The notes under the pieces: generated by a model
What the model was told of the DNA's origin: nothing
Databases searched by the model: none
Seen by the model: the letters and a program-made list of their open reading frames with translations, nothing else
From: Candidatus Saccharimonadia bacterium
GTDB lineage: Bacteria; Patescibacteriota; Saccharimonadia; Saccharimonadales; JALRHH01
Assembly: GCA_023253175.1 (NCBI GenBank)
Contig: JALRHH010000001.1
Span: 492,020-556,019 of the forward strand
Direction: 5' to 3'
Length of the DNA stretch: 64,000 nucleotides
Translations under genes and position numbers: made by a program
Shown: positions 55,283-64,000 of the stretch, in pieces
Numbering within the stretch: position 1 is the stretch's first letter
Layout of the letters: each line of letters opens with the position of its first letter

Positions 55283-57037
55283 TTAAAGGGTTCTAGCAAT
55301 GACTTCTCGAGTAAAGAGCTCAATATGATCACCCTCTTGGAGATCAACTTTTGAGGTGGTAGCGATGCTCATACCACACATCTCACCCTCAAATATCTCT
55401 TTGGCGTCAGCGGGACCACGCTGGAGCTTTGTAACTTCAACATCAGCGAGAACTTCACCATCCCGCTTTACACGTGCCAGTGCAGGTACAATAAGCTTGC
55501 CCTTTGTCACCTCGCCACCACAGATAACCTCTGTTTTCGTTGTCTTAAATACACCTTTAACAACAAGTCGTCCGAGGTCGGTTTCGACAATTTCTGGTGG
55601 AAGTAATTTAGTGAGCTCTTCCTTCACATCATCAATGAGCTCGTAGATAACCCTGTACGAACGAAGCGCAATCTTATCACGAGACGCAAGCTGCTTAATA
55701 TTTGACGGTGCGTTCACGTTAAAGCCATAGATAATGGCGTTACTACTACGGGCCATATGCAGATCGTTCTCGCTGATTGAACCTACGCCAGAGCCAACAA
55801 TTCGAACAGCGACTTCTTCGGTATCAAGTGTTTTCAGGTTGTCAATTACAGAGGTGAGCGATCCCTGTACGTCAGCCTTCACGATAATGGTCAGTTCATT
55901 AACATCGTTACTTCGGTTGATAATACGAATCAGCTCATTACTGTTGATCTCGAGACGTCCGCCCGCCTGGCTTCGGCCAGCGTAGCTTGCGGCTTCTGTT
56001 CGAGCAATCTTTTCATTTGCCACAAAGGTAAACTCATCACCAAACTCAGGCAATTCCTTAAATCCGGTAATTCTAACAGGAGTAGATGGCAAAGCCTCTT
56101 TGATTGCCTGTCCAGTTGTTGTCTCAAGATTTCGAACACGTGCGTACGTGCCACCAGCGACGATAAAATCACCTGGCCTTAGACGCCCTGCCTCAACAAG
56201 CGCCTCTGCCACAGCTCCTCTTCCCTGTTCCATATGCGCCTCAATAATGAGTCCAGCCGCCGGAACATCAACATCAGCGCGGAGGTCTTCTACGTCAGCC
56301 ACGAGGAGTACCATGTCGAGTAGTCCACTGAGGTTCTGGCCAGTCTTAGCTGATACCTCAACTACCACCGTATCACCACCCCATTCTTCGACGAGTAAGT
56401 TCTGCTCGGCGAGCTGCTGCTTGATTCGGTTAGGGTCTGCACCTTCTTTATCAATCTTGTTGATCGCGACAATAATCTTAACATTCGCTTTACGTGCAAA
56501 ACGAATCGCCTCAAGCGTCTGAGGTTTAATACCATCATCAGCAGCCACCACGATTACGACAAGATCAGTCAAACGAGCACCGTGTTCACGGATAGCAGCG
56601 AAAGCCTCGTGACCAGGAGTGTCAAGGAAGGTAATCTTGCGGTCGTTATGTGCAATCTGGTAGGCAGAGATGTGCTGGGTGATACCACCGGCCTCTCCCT
56701 TGGCGACCTGAGCACCGCGAATCGCATCAAGGAGACTTGTCTTACCGTGGTCAACATGGCCCATCACCGCAACTACTGGTGGACGTGAATCAGCCGCCTC
56801 ACTCGCGACACGCTTTTCGCGCGGCGCGGCTTCTTCTACTTCTTTACGCTTGAGCTCGATATCAAGGTCAAGCTCGCCAACGATAATCTGAGCAGTATCA
56901 AAGTCGATACGCTCGTTAACGGTAGCCATAACTCCGTTCTTAAATAGCTCGGTTATAAGCTTAGTCACCGGCAGCATGAGCTTCTCGGCGAGGTCGCCTA
57001 CGGTGGTCATATCTTCGATTTCAATTTGAGTCGCCAC
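55283..57037 (-). CDS. infB: Translation initiation factor IF-2 (short N-terminus)
   Basis: G-domain motifs VVAVMGHVDHGKTSLLD, DTPGHEAF and NKID, plus IF2 C-terminal domains. GTG start at 57037; the alternative is ATG nine codons downstream. Confidence 0.95.
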   Translation of the reverse strand: MATQIEIEDMTTVGDLAEKLMLPVTKLITELFKNGVMATVNERIDFDTAQIIVGELDLDIELKRKEVEEAAPREKRVASEAADSRPPVVAVMGHVDHGKTSLLDAIRGAQVAKGEAGGITQHISAYQIAHNDRKITFLDTPGHEAFAAIREHGARLTDLVVIVVAADDGIKPQTLEAIRFARKANVKIIVAINKIDKEGADPNRIKQQLAEQNLLVEEWGGDTVVVEVSAKTGQNLSGLLDMVLLVADVEDLRADVDVPAAGLIIEAHMEQGRGAVAEALVEAGRLRPGDFIVAGGTYARVRNLETTTGQAIKEALPSTPVRITGFKELPEFGDEFTFVANEKIARTEAASYAGRSQAGGRLEINSNELIRIINRSNDVNELTIIVKADVQGSLTSVIDNLKTLDTEEVAVRIVGSGVGSISENDLHMARSSNAIIYGFNVNAPSNIKQLASRDKIALRSYRVIYELIDDVKEELTKLLPPEIVETDLGRLVVKGVFKTTKTEVICGGEVTKGKLIVPALARVKRDGEVLADVEVTKLQRGPADAKEIFEGEMCGMSIATTSKVDLQEGDHIELFTREVIARTL

Positions 57038-57094
57038 TTAGTCGTCCTCGTCCTTTCTTGGCATGCTGCCGATTAAAAACCTACATATACGCTA

Positions 57095-58162
57095 TTATTT
57101 CGCGTCTTTTAGGCTGAGGGCAATCTTGCGTCCCTCGGTGTCGATGTCGAGCACCTTGAAGCTCTTCTTTTCGTTGAGTTGGAAGATCTTCTCCGGATCA
57201 GCACCTTCGTCGTCAGACATTTCTGAGACGTGTACAAGTGCTTCAACAGATGGGCTGAGCTGCACGAATGCACCAAATGGCGTAATACGTGTAACCTTAC
57301 CTTCTACGACGTCACCCTTGCTGAAAGCCTTAACTTCGCTGAGCCATGGGTCCTCTTGCATTTGCTTGAGGCTGAGGCTTAGGCGGTCCTTGTCGATAGC
57401 GATGATCTTCGCTTCGACAACTTGGCCGTTCTTCACGTAGTTACGTGGGTCTTCGACACGCTCCCATGAGATTTCAGAGATGTGGATCAGACCTTCGATA
57501 CCGTCTACGTTTACGAATGCACCAAAGTCGATAACACCGGTCACAACGCCCTCTACGACGTCACCAACCTTGAGCTTAGCAAAACGCTGAGCCATGTCAT
57601 CCTTAACAGCTTCCTTCTCAGAGAAGATAAGCTTGTTATCCTTACGACTGACATCAAGAATGCGAACGCGAAGAGATTTCTTCGTCAAAGCGTTAAGCTT
57701 CTGAAGAATTTCATCCTTGTCAGCACCTGACACACGTGGATAGTGACCAGCTGCAAGCTGTGACACCGGAAGGAATCCGCGGATACCTTCAAGTTCTACA
57801 AGTAGACCACCACGGTTTGCATCGTAAGGTGTGATATCGATGATCTGCTGATCTTCGAAGACCTTCTGAAGTTCGTCCCAACCACGGTCCTTAGCCGCAC
57901 GGCGCATGCTAAGCAGCGCGTGACCCTCATCAAGCTCAGGGTCAACAACAGATACAACGACCTGCTGACCTTCCTCTAAGCTCTGACCGTGACCGATCTC
58001 GCGGCGCATTACGACACCAACACCGCTAGCACCAAGGTCAATCCAGACCTCGTTCTTGCGAACTGATGTAATAACGCCTTCTACGACGTCACCTGTTTTA
58101 AGTTGTTGAATATCACTTCCGGCGAGTAGCTCGTCCATGGTGATAGTAGTTGATTTTGACAT
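57095..58162 (-). CDS. rpsA: S1 RNA-binding domain protein (4 S1 repeats; ribosomal protein S1-like)
   Basis: Four repeats of the G.VV.G.V...........V.L..G..G..H.SE pattern (GDVVEGVITSV, GDVVEGVVTGV, GQVVEAKIIAI, GDVVEGKVTRI). AAGGAGG lies upstream; the start is at ATG 58162 or 58171, and the ORF-track 58228 is over-extended. Confidence 0.75.
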   Translation of the reverse strand: MSKSTTITMDELLAGSDIQQLKTGDVVEGVITSVRKNEVWIDLGASGVGVVMRREIGHGQSLEEGQQVVVSVVDPELDEGHALLSMRRAAKDRGWDELQKVFEDQQIIDITPYDANRGGLLVELEGIRGFLPVSQLAAGHYPRVSGADKDEILQKLNALTKKSLRVRILDVSRKDNKLIFSEKEAVKDDMAQRFAKLKVGDVVEGVVTGVIDFGAFVNVDGIEGLIHISEISWERVEDPRNYVKNGQVVEAKIIAIDKDRLSLSLKQMQEDPWLSEVKAFSKGDVVEGKVTRITPFGAFVQLSPSVEALVHVSEMSDDEGADPEKIFQLNEKKSFKVLDIDTEGRKIALSLKDAK

Positions 58163-58343
58163 GTGTACCATGTCCTCCTTGTAATGTATTTCCGCCGAAA
58201 ACATCAGAGGAGTCTTTCGACCCCTCAAATTATTTCGGACAGTTACCAGAAATTGTATCAGATATACGGAGGTAAATCAAAGGTGTTGCATTATATAAAA
58301 AGCCCAGGTGACAACCAGTTCGTTTCACAGTACACTTTAATGC

Positions 58344-59168
58344 ATGTACACAGCTGTTGATATCGGGGGAACAAAGACACTTATCATCGTATTTGATGAA
58401 TCAAATACCCCTCTCGAGCAAGTAAAATTCCCCACTCCGGCTGATTATGATGATTTTTTGGCAGTTCTGGCAGAAAGCGTTGCCAATTTGTCAACGCATG
58501 ATTTTAAGGCCGTTGGCGTTGCTGCGCCCGGAAAAATAGACCACAAACAGGGGCGAATCATTGCGGCTGGTAATCTTACTTGGCGTAATGAGCCGCTCCA
58601 ACGCGACATCGAAAAGCTATTTCATGCGCCAGTCATACTCGAAAACGATGCTAAGGCTGCAGCGGTTGCTGAAGCGCGTTATGCAGGTCAAAGCTATGAA
58701 ACCGTTGTATACATAACAATTAGTACAGGGGTGGGAGTTGGCGTTTGTGAAAATGGAAAGCTTGTCCCGGCGCTCGATAATGCAGAAATAGGTTGGATGA
58801 ATGTTGAGCATGAAGGCAAACTCGTACCATGGGAGAAAATTGCTTCCGGCAGCGCAATCGTAGCTAAATATGGCAAAAGAGCCAGCGAGCTTGATGATGA
58901 CACTGCCTGGGATAGCATTTCCCGGAACATTGCCAAAGGCCTTATCGCGGTTATCGCCGTAGTCCAGCCAGATCTTATCGTATTCGGTGGTGGAGTTGGT
59001 AATCACCTAGAGAAATTCGAAAAACCGCTCCTAAAATACCTCAAAGGCTACGAGAACCCTATGGTCACCATACCACATATTAAGAAATCATCACATCCTG
59101 AGGAGGCGGTAGCTTATGGCTGTCTTGAACTCGCCAAAGACTTCGTACAATCCCGAAACGCTGCTTAA
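58344..59168 (+). CDS. ROK-family sugar kinase (glucokinase-like)
   Basis: MYTAVDIGGTKT (the phosphate-1 motif), ENDAKAAAVAE and ITISTGVGVG. Typical ROK/ASKHA signatures. Confidence 0.8.
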   Translation: MYTAVDIGGTKTLIIVFDESNTPLEQVKFPTPADYDDFLAVLAESVANLSTHDFKAVGVAAPGKIDHKQGRIIAAGNLTWRNEPLQRDIEKLFHAPVILENDAKAAAVAEARYAGQSYETVVYITISTGVGVGVCENGKLVPALDNAEIGWMNVEHEGKLVPWEKIASGSAIVAKYGKRASELDDDTAWDSISRNIAKGLIAVIAVVQPDLIVFGGGVGNHLEKFEKPLLKYLKGYENPMVTIPHIKKSSHPEEAVAYGCLELAKDFVQSRNAA

Positions 59169-59664
59169 GAAGCTCGCCGCAGAATATCCGGACGTAATCT
59201 TAAAGCCGGGCAAAGTATTCCTCTGGTCCCCCAAACAACACGTAGTTTCATACATACCTGATCAACTCACCTCAGATAAGGGCAGCTGGTCTCTCCTTCA
59301 CGAGGTGTCGCATGCAATCCTAGGGCACCGAGACTATCGGAATGATTTCGAGCTACTGCAGCTCGAGGTTGCAGCCTGGGAAGAAGCACTGGCAGTCGGA
59401 GAGAGGTTAAGTATAAAGATTGACCAAAACTTCATCGAAGATTGTCTTGATACGTACCGCGATTGGCTCCATCAGAGAAGCACTTGTCCGACTTGTGGCA
59501 GCAGCGGGCTTCAACACGACCCCAAAACGTACAGATGCCACAACTGCCTCACGATATGGCACGTCAGTCAGTCACGCTTCTGCAGGCCATACCGGAAGAA
59601 ACTACACACTTCAGTGACAAAAGAAAAATCGCCTGACCAAAATGACCAGACGATTTTTAATTAG
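59116..59664 (+). CDS. HExxH metallopeptidase-like protein with a C-terminal zinc ribbon (ImmA/IrrE-like?)
   Basis: AGGAGG lies 9 nt upstream of ATG 59116. Contains LLHEVSHAILGH (HExxH) and CPTCGSSGLQHDPKTYRCHNC (CxxC...CxxC). It overlaps the ROK gene 3' end by 53 nt in another frame. Confidence 0.6.
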   Translation: MAVLNSPKTSYNPETLLKKLAAEYPDVILKPGKVFLWSPKQHVVSYIPDQLTSDKGSWSLLHEVSHAILGHRDYRNDFELLQLEVAAWEEALAVGERLSIKIDQNFIEDCLDTYRDWLHQRSTCPTCGSSGLQHDPKTYRCHNCLTIWHVSQSRFCRPYRKKLHTSVTKEKSPDQNDQTIFN

Positions 59665-59676
59665 AGTAGGTTAGAT

Positions 59677-59874
59677 TTACTCTGCGCTCTTAGTACGGCG
59701 GCTAATACGACCACCCTTAGCACCAGCAAGACGTGCAAGCTCGCGGTTTGCAAAGAAACCACCGGTCTTACCCTTCTTACCACCCTGTGCACCGATCTTT
59801 GCGTAAAAATCAGCACCGTACTTTGACTTGTTAGTTGCAGCAGCAGCCTTGCCGCCAGCCTTAGTTCCAGCCAT
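59677..59874 (-). CDS. KGG-repeat general stress protein (GsiB/YciG-like)
   Basis: MAGTKAGGKAAAATNKSKYGADFYAKIGAQGGKKGKTGGFFANRELARLAGAKGGRISRR. AAAGGAG lies 7 nt upstream of ATG 59874; the ORF-track 59916 is over-extended. Confidence 0.8.
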   Translation of the reverse strand: MAGTKAGGKAAAATNKSKYGADFYAKIGAQGGKKGKTGGFFANRELARLAGAKGGRISRRTKSAE

Positions 59875-60034
59875 TCCAAAACTCCTTTGGATTAGTTTGT
59901 GAGGCTCTTCCACCATGAAGAAACTAAAAAGAGGACATCCGCGGTTGGTTATACGGGATCGCCCTCTTCTTTTTTGTTTCTTCTTTCGAAGATAGCTCTA
60001 TATTAGCATAAGTCGTTTAAAATGTCAATAGGCT

Positions 60035-60529
60035 TTAGCGAGTTGAGGTGTTATTAGTGGTTGTACCAGATGGCTGAGCCTCTGAAAGATTCAATGCCGA
60101 TACCTCGACTAACTTCTTAGTTGATGGCCGATACAGGACTGCCTTGCTTGATTTTGCGTACAGTAACACCTTGTCACCATTCTGGGCCTTGGCAAAGAAT
60201 GGCTTGTCCTGAACCTTACTTGCATCTGTGACGGTCGCAATGGTTGGAACCTCATCTGATGGTAGATCAATAAGCTTGCCAACTTCTGACGCAAGCTGCT
60301 TAGCTTCGTCCTCAGGAGAAGCCTGCTGCTCCTGCGACTGAGAAAGCTTATCTACTTCTTTTGTAAGCTTTGATCGGTCATACACCATATATCCGCAGAC
60401 AACCACAAGCGCGACTACGACGAACCCTATAAACAGATTTTTACTTGGCTTCTTCGATGTTCGTGGCTTTACCTCGGCAGCCGCATCCTTATCGTTATCT
60501 TCCCTGCTATCGACTGATATATTTCCCAT
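60035..60529 (-). CDS. Hypothetical single-pass membrane protein (164 aa)
   Basis: ATG at 60529 and a TM helix (LFIGFVVVALVVVCGYMVY). It lies 53 nt downstream of the tail-fibre-like gene on the same strand. Confidence 0.55.
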   Translation of the reverse strand: MGNISVDSREDNDKDAAAEVKPRTSKKPSKNLFIGFVVVALVVVCGYMVYDRSKLTKEVDKLSQSQEQQASPEDEAKQLASEVGKLIDLPSDEVPTIATVTDASKVQDKPFFAKAQNGDKVLLYAKSSKAVLYRPSTKKLVEVSALNLSEAQPSGTTTNNTSTR

Positions 60530-60582
60530 TGCTTCCCCTTTACGCTTATTGTACCGACTGAAGGTCCAGCAAACAAGACCGG

Positions 60583-63500
60583 CTAGTTAGAGGCAGTACG
60601 TACGTCATGTACGCTTGTTGCCGTCCATGAGAACTTAAGTTCCTGCGTTGCCGGATTCTCGAGCACGATATCAAATCCGTTAGCCGTCACATTATCGTAA
60701 CTGTAACTCGCGAACTTACCGCCGCCCAGACTAATTGTAATTACAGGAGGCTGTGCGTACGGTTTCGTAAACTCTACATGGACCACTTGATTACCACTAC
60801 TGATGACCGCATAACCAGCAGTATCATTATTAAAGGTTGCTGTGCCGCCAAATGAGACATTGCCGCCAAAGGTGACGAGCTGATCGAACAGCGCATTTCC
60901 AGCAAAGTGAGCATTACCCATGACTGTCAGGCCGCTATTTGCCAAGAGGTTGAGATCTACGGTCAGAGCGCCCACAGTAAGATTGCTTAAATCAATGTTG
61001 GTTCCACCGCCAAGGCCCTCAAGCGCAGCGACACGGCCCTCCAGGCTCTCAATGCGCTGCGCATAATCGAGACCCTCGATATTAGCTACACGAATGGTAT
61101 CAGCCTCGATAACTCCGTCAACAACCATGCTATTAAAGTGAGTATTTCGGTCAGAGCTAATCATCTTAGCGAGCTCAGTGACGGCACGCATGTTATAAAT
61201 CGATAGCTGATCATACTTTACTCGGTAGAAACCATCTTCTTGATAGACAAGCTCTGGGAAAATCTGTGCCAGCTCCTGAGCAATCACACCTGACTGATGC
61301 TCTGGATCACAGTACATATTGAAGTCATTGAAGTAGCTATTGGTACAGTCAAAGTCAAAACTCACAGCTCTTACATCACGTAGTCCATCAAGCACAGAGT
61401 TACTAATTTCCGTAATGTTGGTCTTGAGGCGCTCATCAGATAAACCAATACCGGCACAGGCTGCATTACCAGTGATAATACCACCGCTTACAACCATGTT
61501 CGGAAGATAGTTATTGCCTGTACAGGTCACTGTAACGCCAGATACACCGTTACGCTGGTACACACCAGCAGTCGTGTTGAAATTACCACTTGCAGTAACA
61601 CTTGTAGAATTAATGACACCAGCATTTGATATTCCACCGTTGTTATTGTTAATTCCTCCGCTGATTGATGCACCACCGCTTGCAACGGTTAGACCAGTCA
61701 ATCCAGTCAGTGTGCCAGTGATAGTTGAGTTCCCGGTAACAGTGATGCCACCCGTGGTGACCGCTAAGTTACCACCAAAGCTTGCACCGGCCTCAACAGC
61801 TAAACTGGCCGTACCAGTGATATTACTGTTCGTGATTGTGAGCGTTCGGTTACTGAGACTCGCAAGGTCAATAGTCCAGTTGTTAGCGTTTTGGATATTG
61901 CCGTTCTCAAGAATACGGAACCTCTCACTGCCAGCAGTATTAAATATGATATCGTCCGCGCCGATAGTTGCAGTTGTGCCGACGGTCATAGCACCAGCAT
62001 TCTGGACAAGTGGAGTTGTTACACTGGTAGAGAATGTCACAGCGTTATTTGTACTAATGGCGCCACAAGTACCGCCAGACCCAAGGGTGATGGTGTTACC
62101 ACCTCCCGTCAAGTTGCCGCTACCACTTGCACACGTAATTTGTACATTACCCTGGACTGCGGTGTTAGCGATTGAACCGTATAGAACGGCCAGAGTTGGG
62201 GTTGAGCCTTCACCGGTATTACCTGATGTTGAAAGACCAGTCAGCGTACCAAAGTTTGCGACATAATCACCTGTTGTCTGGGCTCCGAGTGTAACTGCAT
62301 TATTTTCAATCTCACTATTTGAGATTGAAGTTCCAAGTGTCGCTTGGAGCGCGTTTCCGCTAATCGTTATGCCCGTTCCAGTAATATCGGTAACCGTATC
62401 ACCATTAATACCAAGAGATGTAATATTCTGTAGTGCGCCACCATTTGTAAGGCGGGTGGTGCCGCCCGTCTGTAATGCACCGTCGGCAAGGTTAAGATCA
62501 GCTGCTGTTACCGCACTACTGTTTGCGAGCGTCAATGTCGTGCCGCCAAGCAGGTCATATAGATCAATTGTCGTAGCTCCTGCAGCAGAACGACGAATTG
62601 TTGGGTCAGCCAAGTTAAGTACGTCCCCTGCACTGTCCAAAGTAATATTGCCGGTGCCGCCAGAAGTAATAGTTAAGCCACTCGCAGAACCGATAGCCGC
62701 ACTTCCACTGAGTGATATACCACTAATATTCTGGAGTGCACCACTACTAGTGAGGCGAGTCGTGCCACCAGTACTAATATTGTTTAGCGATGCATTGCCG
62801 TTTGCACTAATCATATTAGCGAGTTCAGCTACACCACGCATCGTGTAGAATTGGAGTTCCTGGAAATTAACCTCGTAATAACCCTGGCCGTTCTGGGTCA
62901 CTACACCCGGAAACAGGCTTGCGATCTCTTGGGATATGATACCGGTGTGATTGGCACAGTCAAGACGAAGGCTACTGAGCAGCCCGTTCAGACAATCAAA
63001 AGTATAATTAACGACTCGAACATTCGCGAGGCTGTCGAGGACCGATCCCACATTCGTCACGCTAGTCTTAAGACGTGAGTCAGATAGACCAGTACTGTCA
63101 GCAGCACAAGCCCACGCCGTACCGTTCCACTTGAGTATCTGACCATTAGTACAGCCGCCCAGCAACTTAAGGCCCGATGCATCTGTCTCCAGACCAGAGT
63201 TTGCAGAGGTAGTAGCCGTCGTACCAGTTGTTGCAACATCCAGCGACAGTGCGGCAGTTGCATTCTCTACCCCAACACCGCTCACAACCAAGCCATTACC
63301 GGTCGTAACTGTTGCAACATAATTACCGGTGGTGTCGGTCGCAAGTGCTACCGAGTTAGCCTGTATCGCTGTGACACCTGTGGCGGAGACCGTAACATCA
63401 CCAGATAAGCTCGTGAAAGTCGGTACGCCGGAACCATTAGCGAGCAGTATCTGACCACCCGTGCCGGCAGTTGTTACCTGAAGTGCTCCCGTGCCATTAC

Positions 63501-64000
63501 CGAATAGGACCCCGTTTGTGGCAAATGTAGCTGCGCCCGTTCCACCACGGTTCACACCAAGCGTTCCGCTCGTAAGAATAGCTACATCAGCCGTTACATT
63601 CTGCAGTGCACCGGCATTCGTAAGACGAACCGTACCTGCCGTCTGCAGGTCACCCTCAACTATATTAAGACTCGTAACCCCTGCACCACTGTTAGTAATA
63701 GCGAGGACCCTACCACTTGCCGAAGACAAATCAATCGTCTGGTTCGTAGTAGTCAGTAGTGTTGAGGCATTGAGGTTAACAATTCCTGATCCAGAAGTTA
63801 GGGTCAGATCATTCACGCCAGTCGTCGAGACCGTCATCGCTCCGGCATTCGTTAAGAGCGGCGTACGAACAGCAGTCGTAAACGATACATCGCTACCCGT
63901 TGAGATGGCGTTACATGTGCCGCCACTACCAAGCGTGATTGCATTACCGCCGCCGGAGAGGTTACCGGTACCAGATGCACAAGTGATTTGGGTGTTACCC
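60583..64000 (-). CDS. Tail-fibre-like giant protein, C-terminal >=1138 codons (5' end lies right of the window), with two peptidase-S74 chaperone domains
   Basis: The ORF-track Met (63837) is internal. The same frame stays open to 63999 (GNTQITCASGTGNLSGGGNAITLGSGGTCNAISTGSDVSFTTAVRTPLLTNAGAMTVSTT...). Fibre motifs are present (GVNRGGTGAATFATNGVLFGNGTGAL, GQILKWNGTAWACA). TAG stop at 60583. Confidence 0.85.
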   Translation of the reverse strand, partial: GNTQITCASGTGNLSGGGNAITLGSGGTCNAISTGSDVSFTTAVRTPLLTNAGAMTVSTTGVNDLTLTSGSGIVNLNASTLLTTTNQTIDLSSASGRVLAITNSGAGVTSLNIVEGDLQTAGTVRLTNAGALQNVTADVAILTSGTLGVNRGGTGAATFATNGVLFGNGTGALQVTTAGTGGQILLANGSGVPTFTSLSGDVTVSATGVTAIQANSVALATDTTGNYVATVTTGNGLVVSGVGVENATAALSLDVATTGTTATTSANSGLETDASGLKLLGGCTNGQILKWNGTAWACAADSTGLSDSRLKTSVTNVGSVLDSLANVRVVNYTFDCLNGLLSSLRLDCANHTGIISQEIASLFPGVVTQNGQGYYEVNFQELQFYTMRGVAELANMISANGNASLNNISTGGTTRLTSSGALQNISGISLSGSAAIGSASGLTITSGGTGNITLDSAGDVLNLADPTIRRSAAGATTIDLYDLLGGTTLTLANSSAVTAADLNLADGALQTGGTTRLTNGGALQNITSLGINGDTVTDITGTGITISGNALQATLGTSISNSEIENNAVTLGAQTTGDYVANFGTLTGLSTSGNTGEGSTPTLAVLYGSIANTAVQGNVQITCASGSGNLTGGGNTITLGSGGTCGAISTNNAVTFSTSVTTPLVQNAGAMTVGTTATIGADDIIFNTAGSERFRILENGNIQNANNWTIDLASLSNRTLTITNSNITGTASLAVEAGASFGGNLAVTTGGITVTGNSTITGTLTGLTGLTVASGGASISGGINNNNGGISNAGVINSTSVTASGNFNTTAGVYQRNGVSGVTVTCTGNNYLPNMVVSGGIITGNAACAGIGLSDERLKTNITEISNSVLDGLRDVRAVSFDFDCTNSYFNDFNMYCDPEHQSGVIAQELAQIFPELVYQEDGFYRVKYDQLSIYNMRAVTELAKMISSDRNTHFNSMVVDGVIEADTIRVANIEGLDYAQRIESLEGRVAALEGLGGGTNIDLSNLTVGALTVDLNLLANSGLTVMGNAHFAGNALFDQLVTFGGNVSFGGTATFNNDTAGYAVISSGNQVVHVEFTKPYAQPPVITISLGGGKFASYSYDNVTANGFDIVLENPATQELKFSWTATSVHDVRTASN
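61159..61446 (-). other. Peptidase S74 / intramolecular chaperone auto-processing domain, copy 2
   Basis: GLSDERLKTNITEISNSVLDGLRDVRAVSFDFDC...QSGVIAQELAQIFPELVYQEDGFYRVKYDQLSIYNMRAVTELAKMI. It is followed by ~190 further residues (coiled coil IESLEGRVAALEGL plus a beta-rich end domain). Confidence 0.7.
62809..63087 (-). other. Peptidase S74 / intramolecular chaperone auto-processing domain, copy 1 (internal)
   Basis: GLSDSRLKTSVTNVGSVLDSLANVRVVNYTFDC...HTGIISQEIASLFPGVVTQNGQGYYEVNFQELQFYTMRGVAELANMI. The S-D-x-R-L-K motif has the Ser...Lys(+5) dyad spacing of endosialidase/tailspike C-terminal chaperones. Confidence 0.7.

Noticed and set aside
59925-59980. Imperfect hairpin (AAGAGG...CCUCUU followed by UUUAGUUU) as a terminator after the 60035..60529 gene
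   Set aside because: The stem has several mismatches and G-U pairs. It is plausible, but too weak to list as a feature.
61514-62848. Plus-strand ORFs 61514..62266 (250 aa) and 62369..62848 (159 aa)
   Set aside because: They are antisense to the tail-fibre-like gene, with low-complexity Pro/Val/Leu translations.

Overview
The window looks like a small-genome, Saccharibacteria/CPR-like bacterium. That lineage call is an inference from gene content; no search was possible. Stop codons are standard, and I saw no rRNA, tRNA, CRISPR array or transposase.

Six very large proteins, all on the minus strand, take up about 55% of the 64 kb. They are Gly/Thr/Ser/Asn/Ala-rich and have an N-terminal membrane anchor.
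- Partial fibre gene at 1..1649.
- Kelch-propeller protein of 2061 aa at 3721..9906.
- Fibre protein of 2768 aa at 10358..18664.
- Kelch-propeller protein of 1588 aa at 19237..24003.
- Fibre protein of 3574 aa at 24012..34736.
- Partial tail-fibre-like gene at 60583..>64000.

The fibre->Kelch gene order occurs twice, and the paralogues share terminal domains, which suggests a duplicated two-gene surface-apparatus cassette.

The 3574-aa protein carries three tandem tailspike/pectate-lyase-like beta-helix modules. The right-edge fibre carries two internal peptidase-S74 (self-cleaving intramolecular chaperone) domains, so it looks like a polyprotein of fibres.

The remainder (35-60 kb) is housekeeping. 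On the minus strand it includes rplU, ileS, nrdJ, nrdR, ftsZ, ftsA, map, adk, a GatB/YqeY-domain protein, rpsU, infB and an S1-domain protein. On the plus strand it includes priA, def, fmt and a ROK kinase.

The best regulatory call is a canonical T-box anti-terminator/anti-sequestrator element upstream of ileS. It appears to gate the Shine-Dalgarno sequence of a 58-codon upstream ORF that overlaps the ileS start.

Other observations:
- Perfect TTATCCACA 9-mers recur in intergenic DNA.
- A CCCCTGTT motif sits in two giant-gene promoter candidates.
- The nrdR-nrdJ spacer looks structured.
- The giant genes have A/C-rich leaders with no Shine-Dalgarno sequence.
- The giant genes contain 100%-identical internal DNA repeats.

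All family assignments come from motif recognition by eye. Many N-termini in the ORF track are over-extended to TTG/GTG codons, and I trimmed them where an SD+ATG start was visible.
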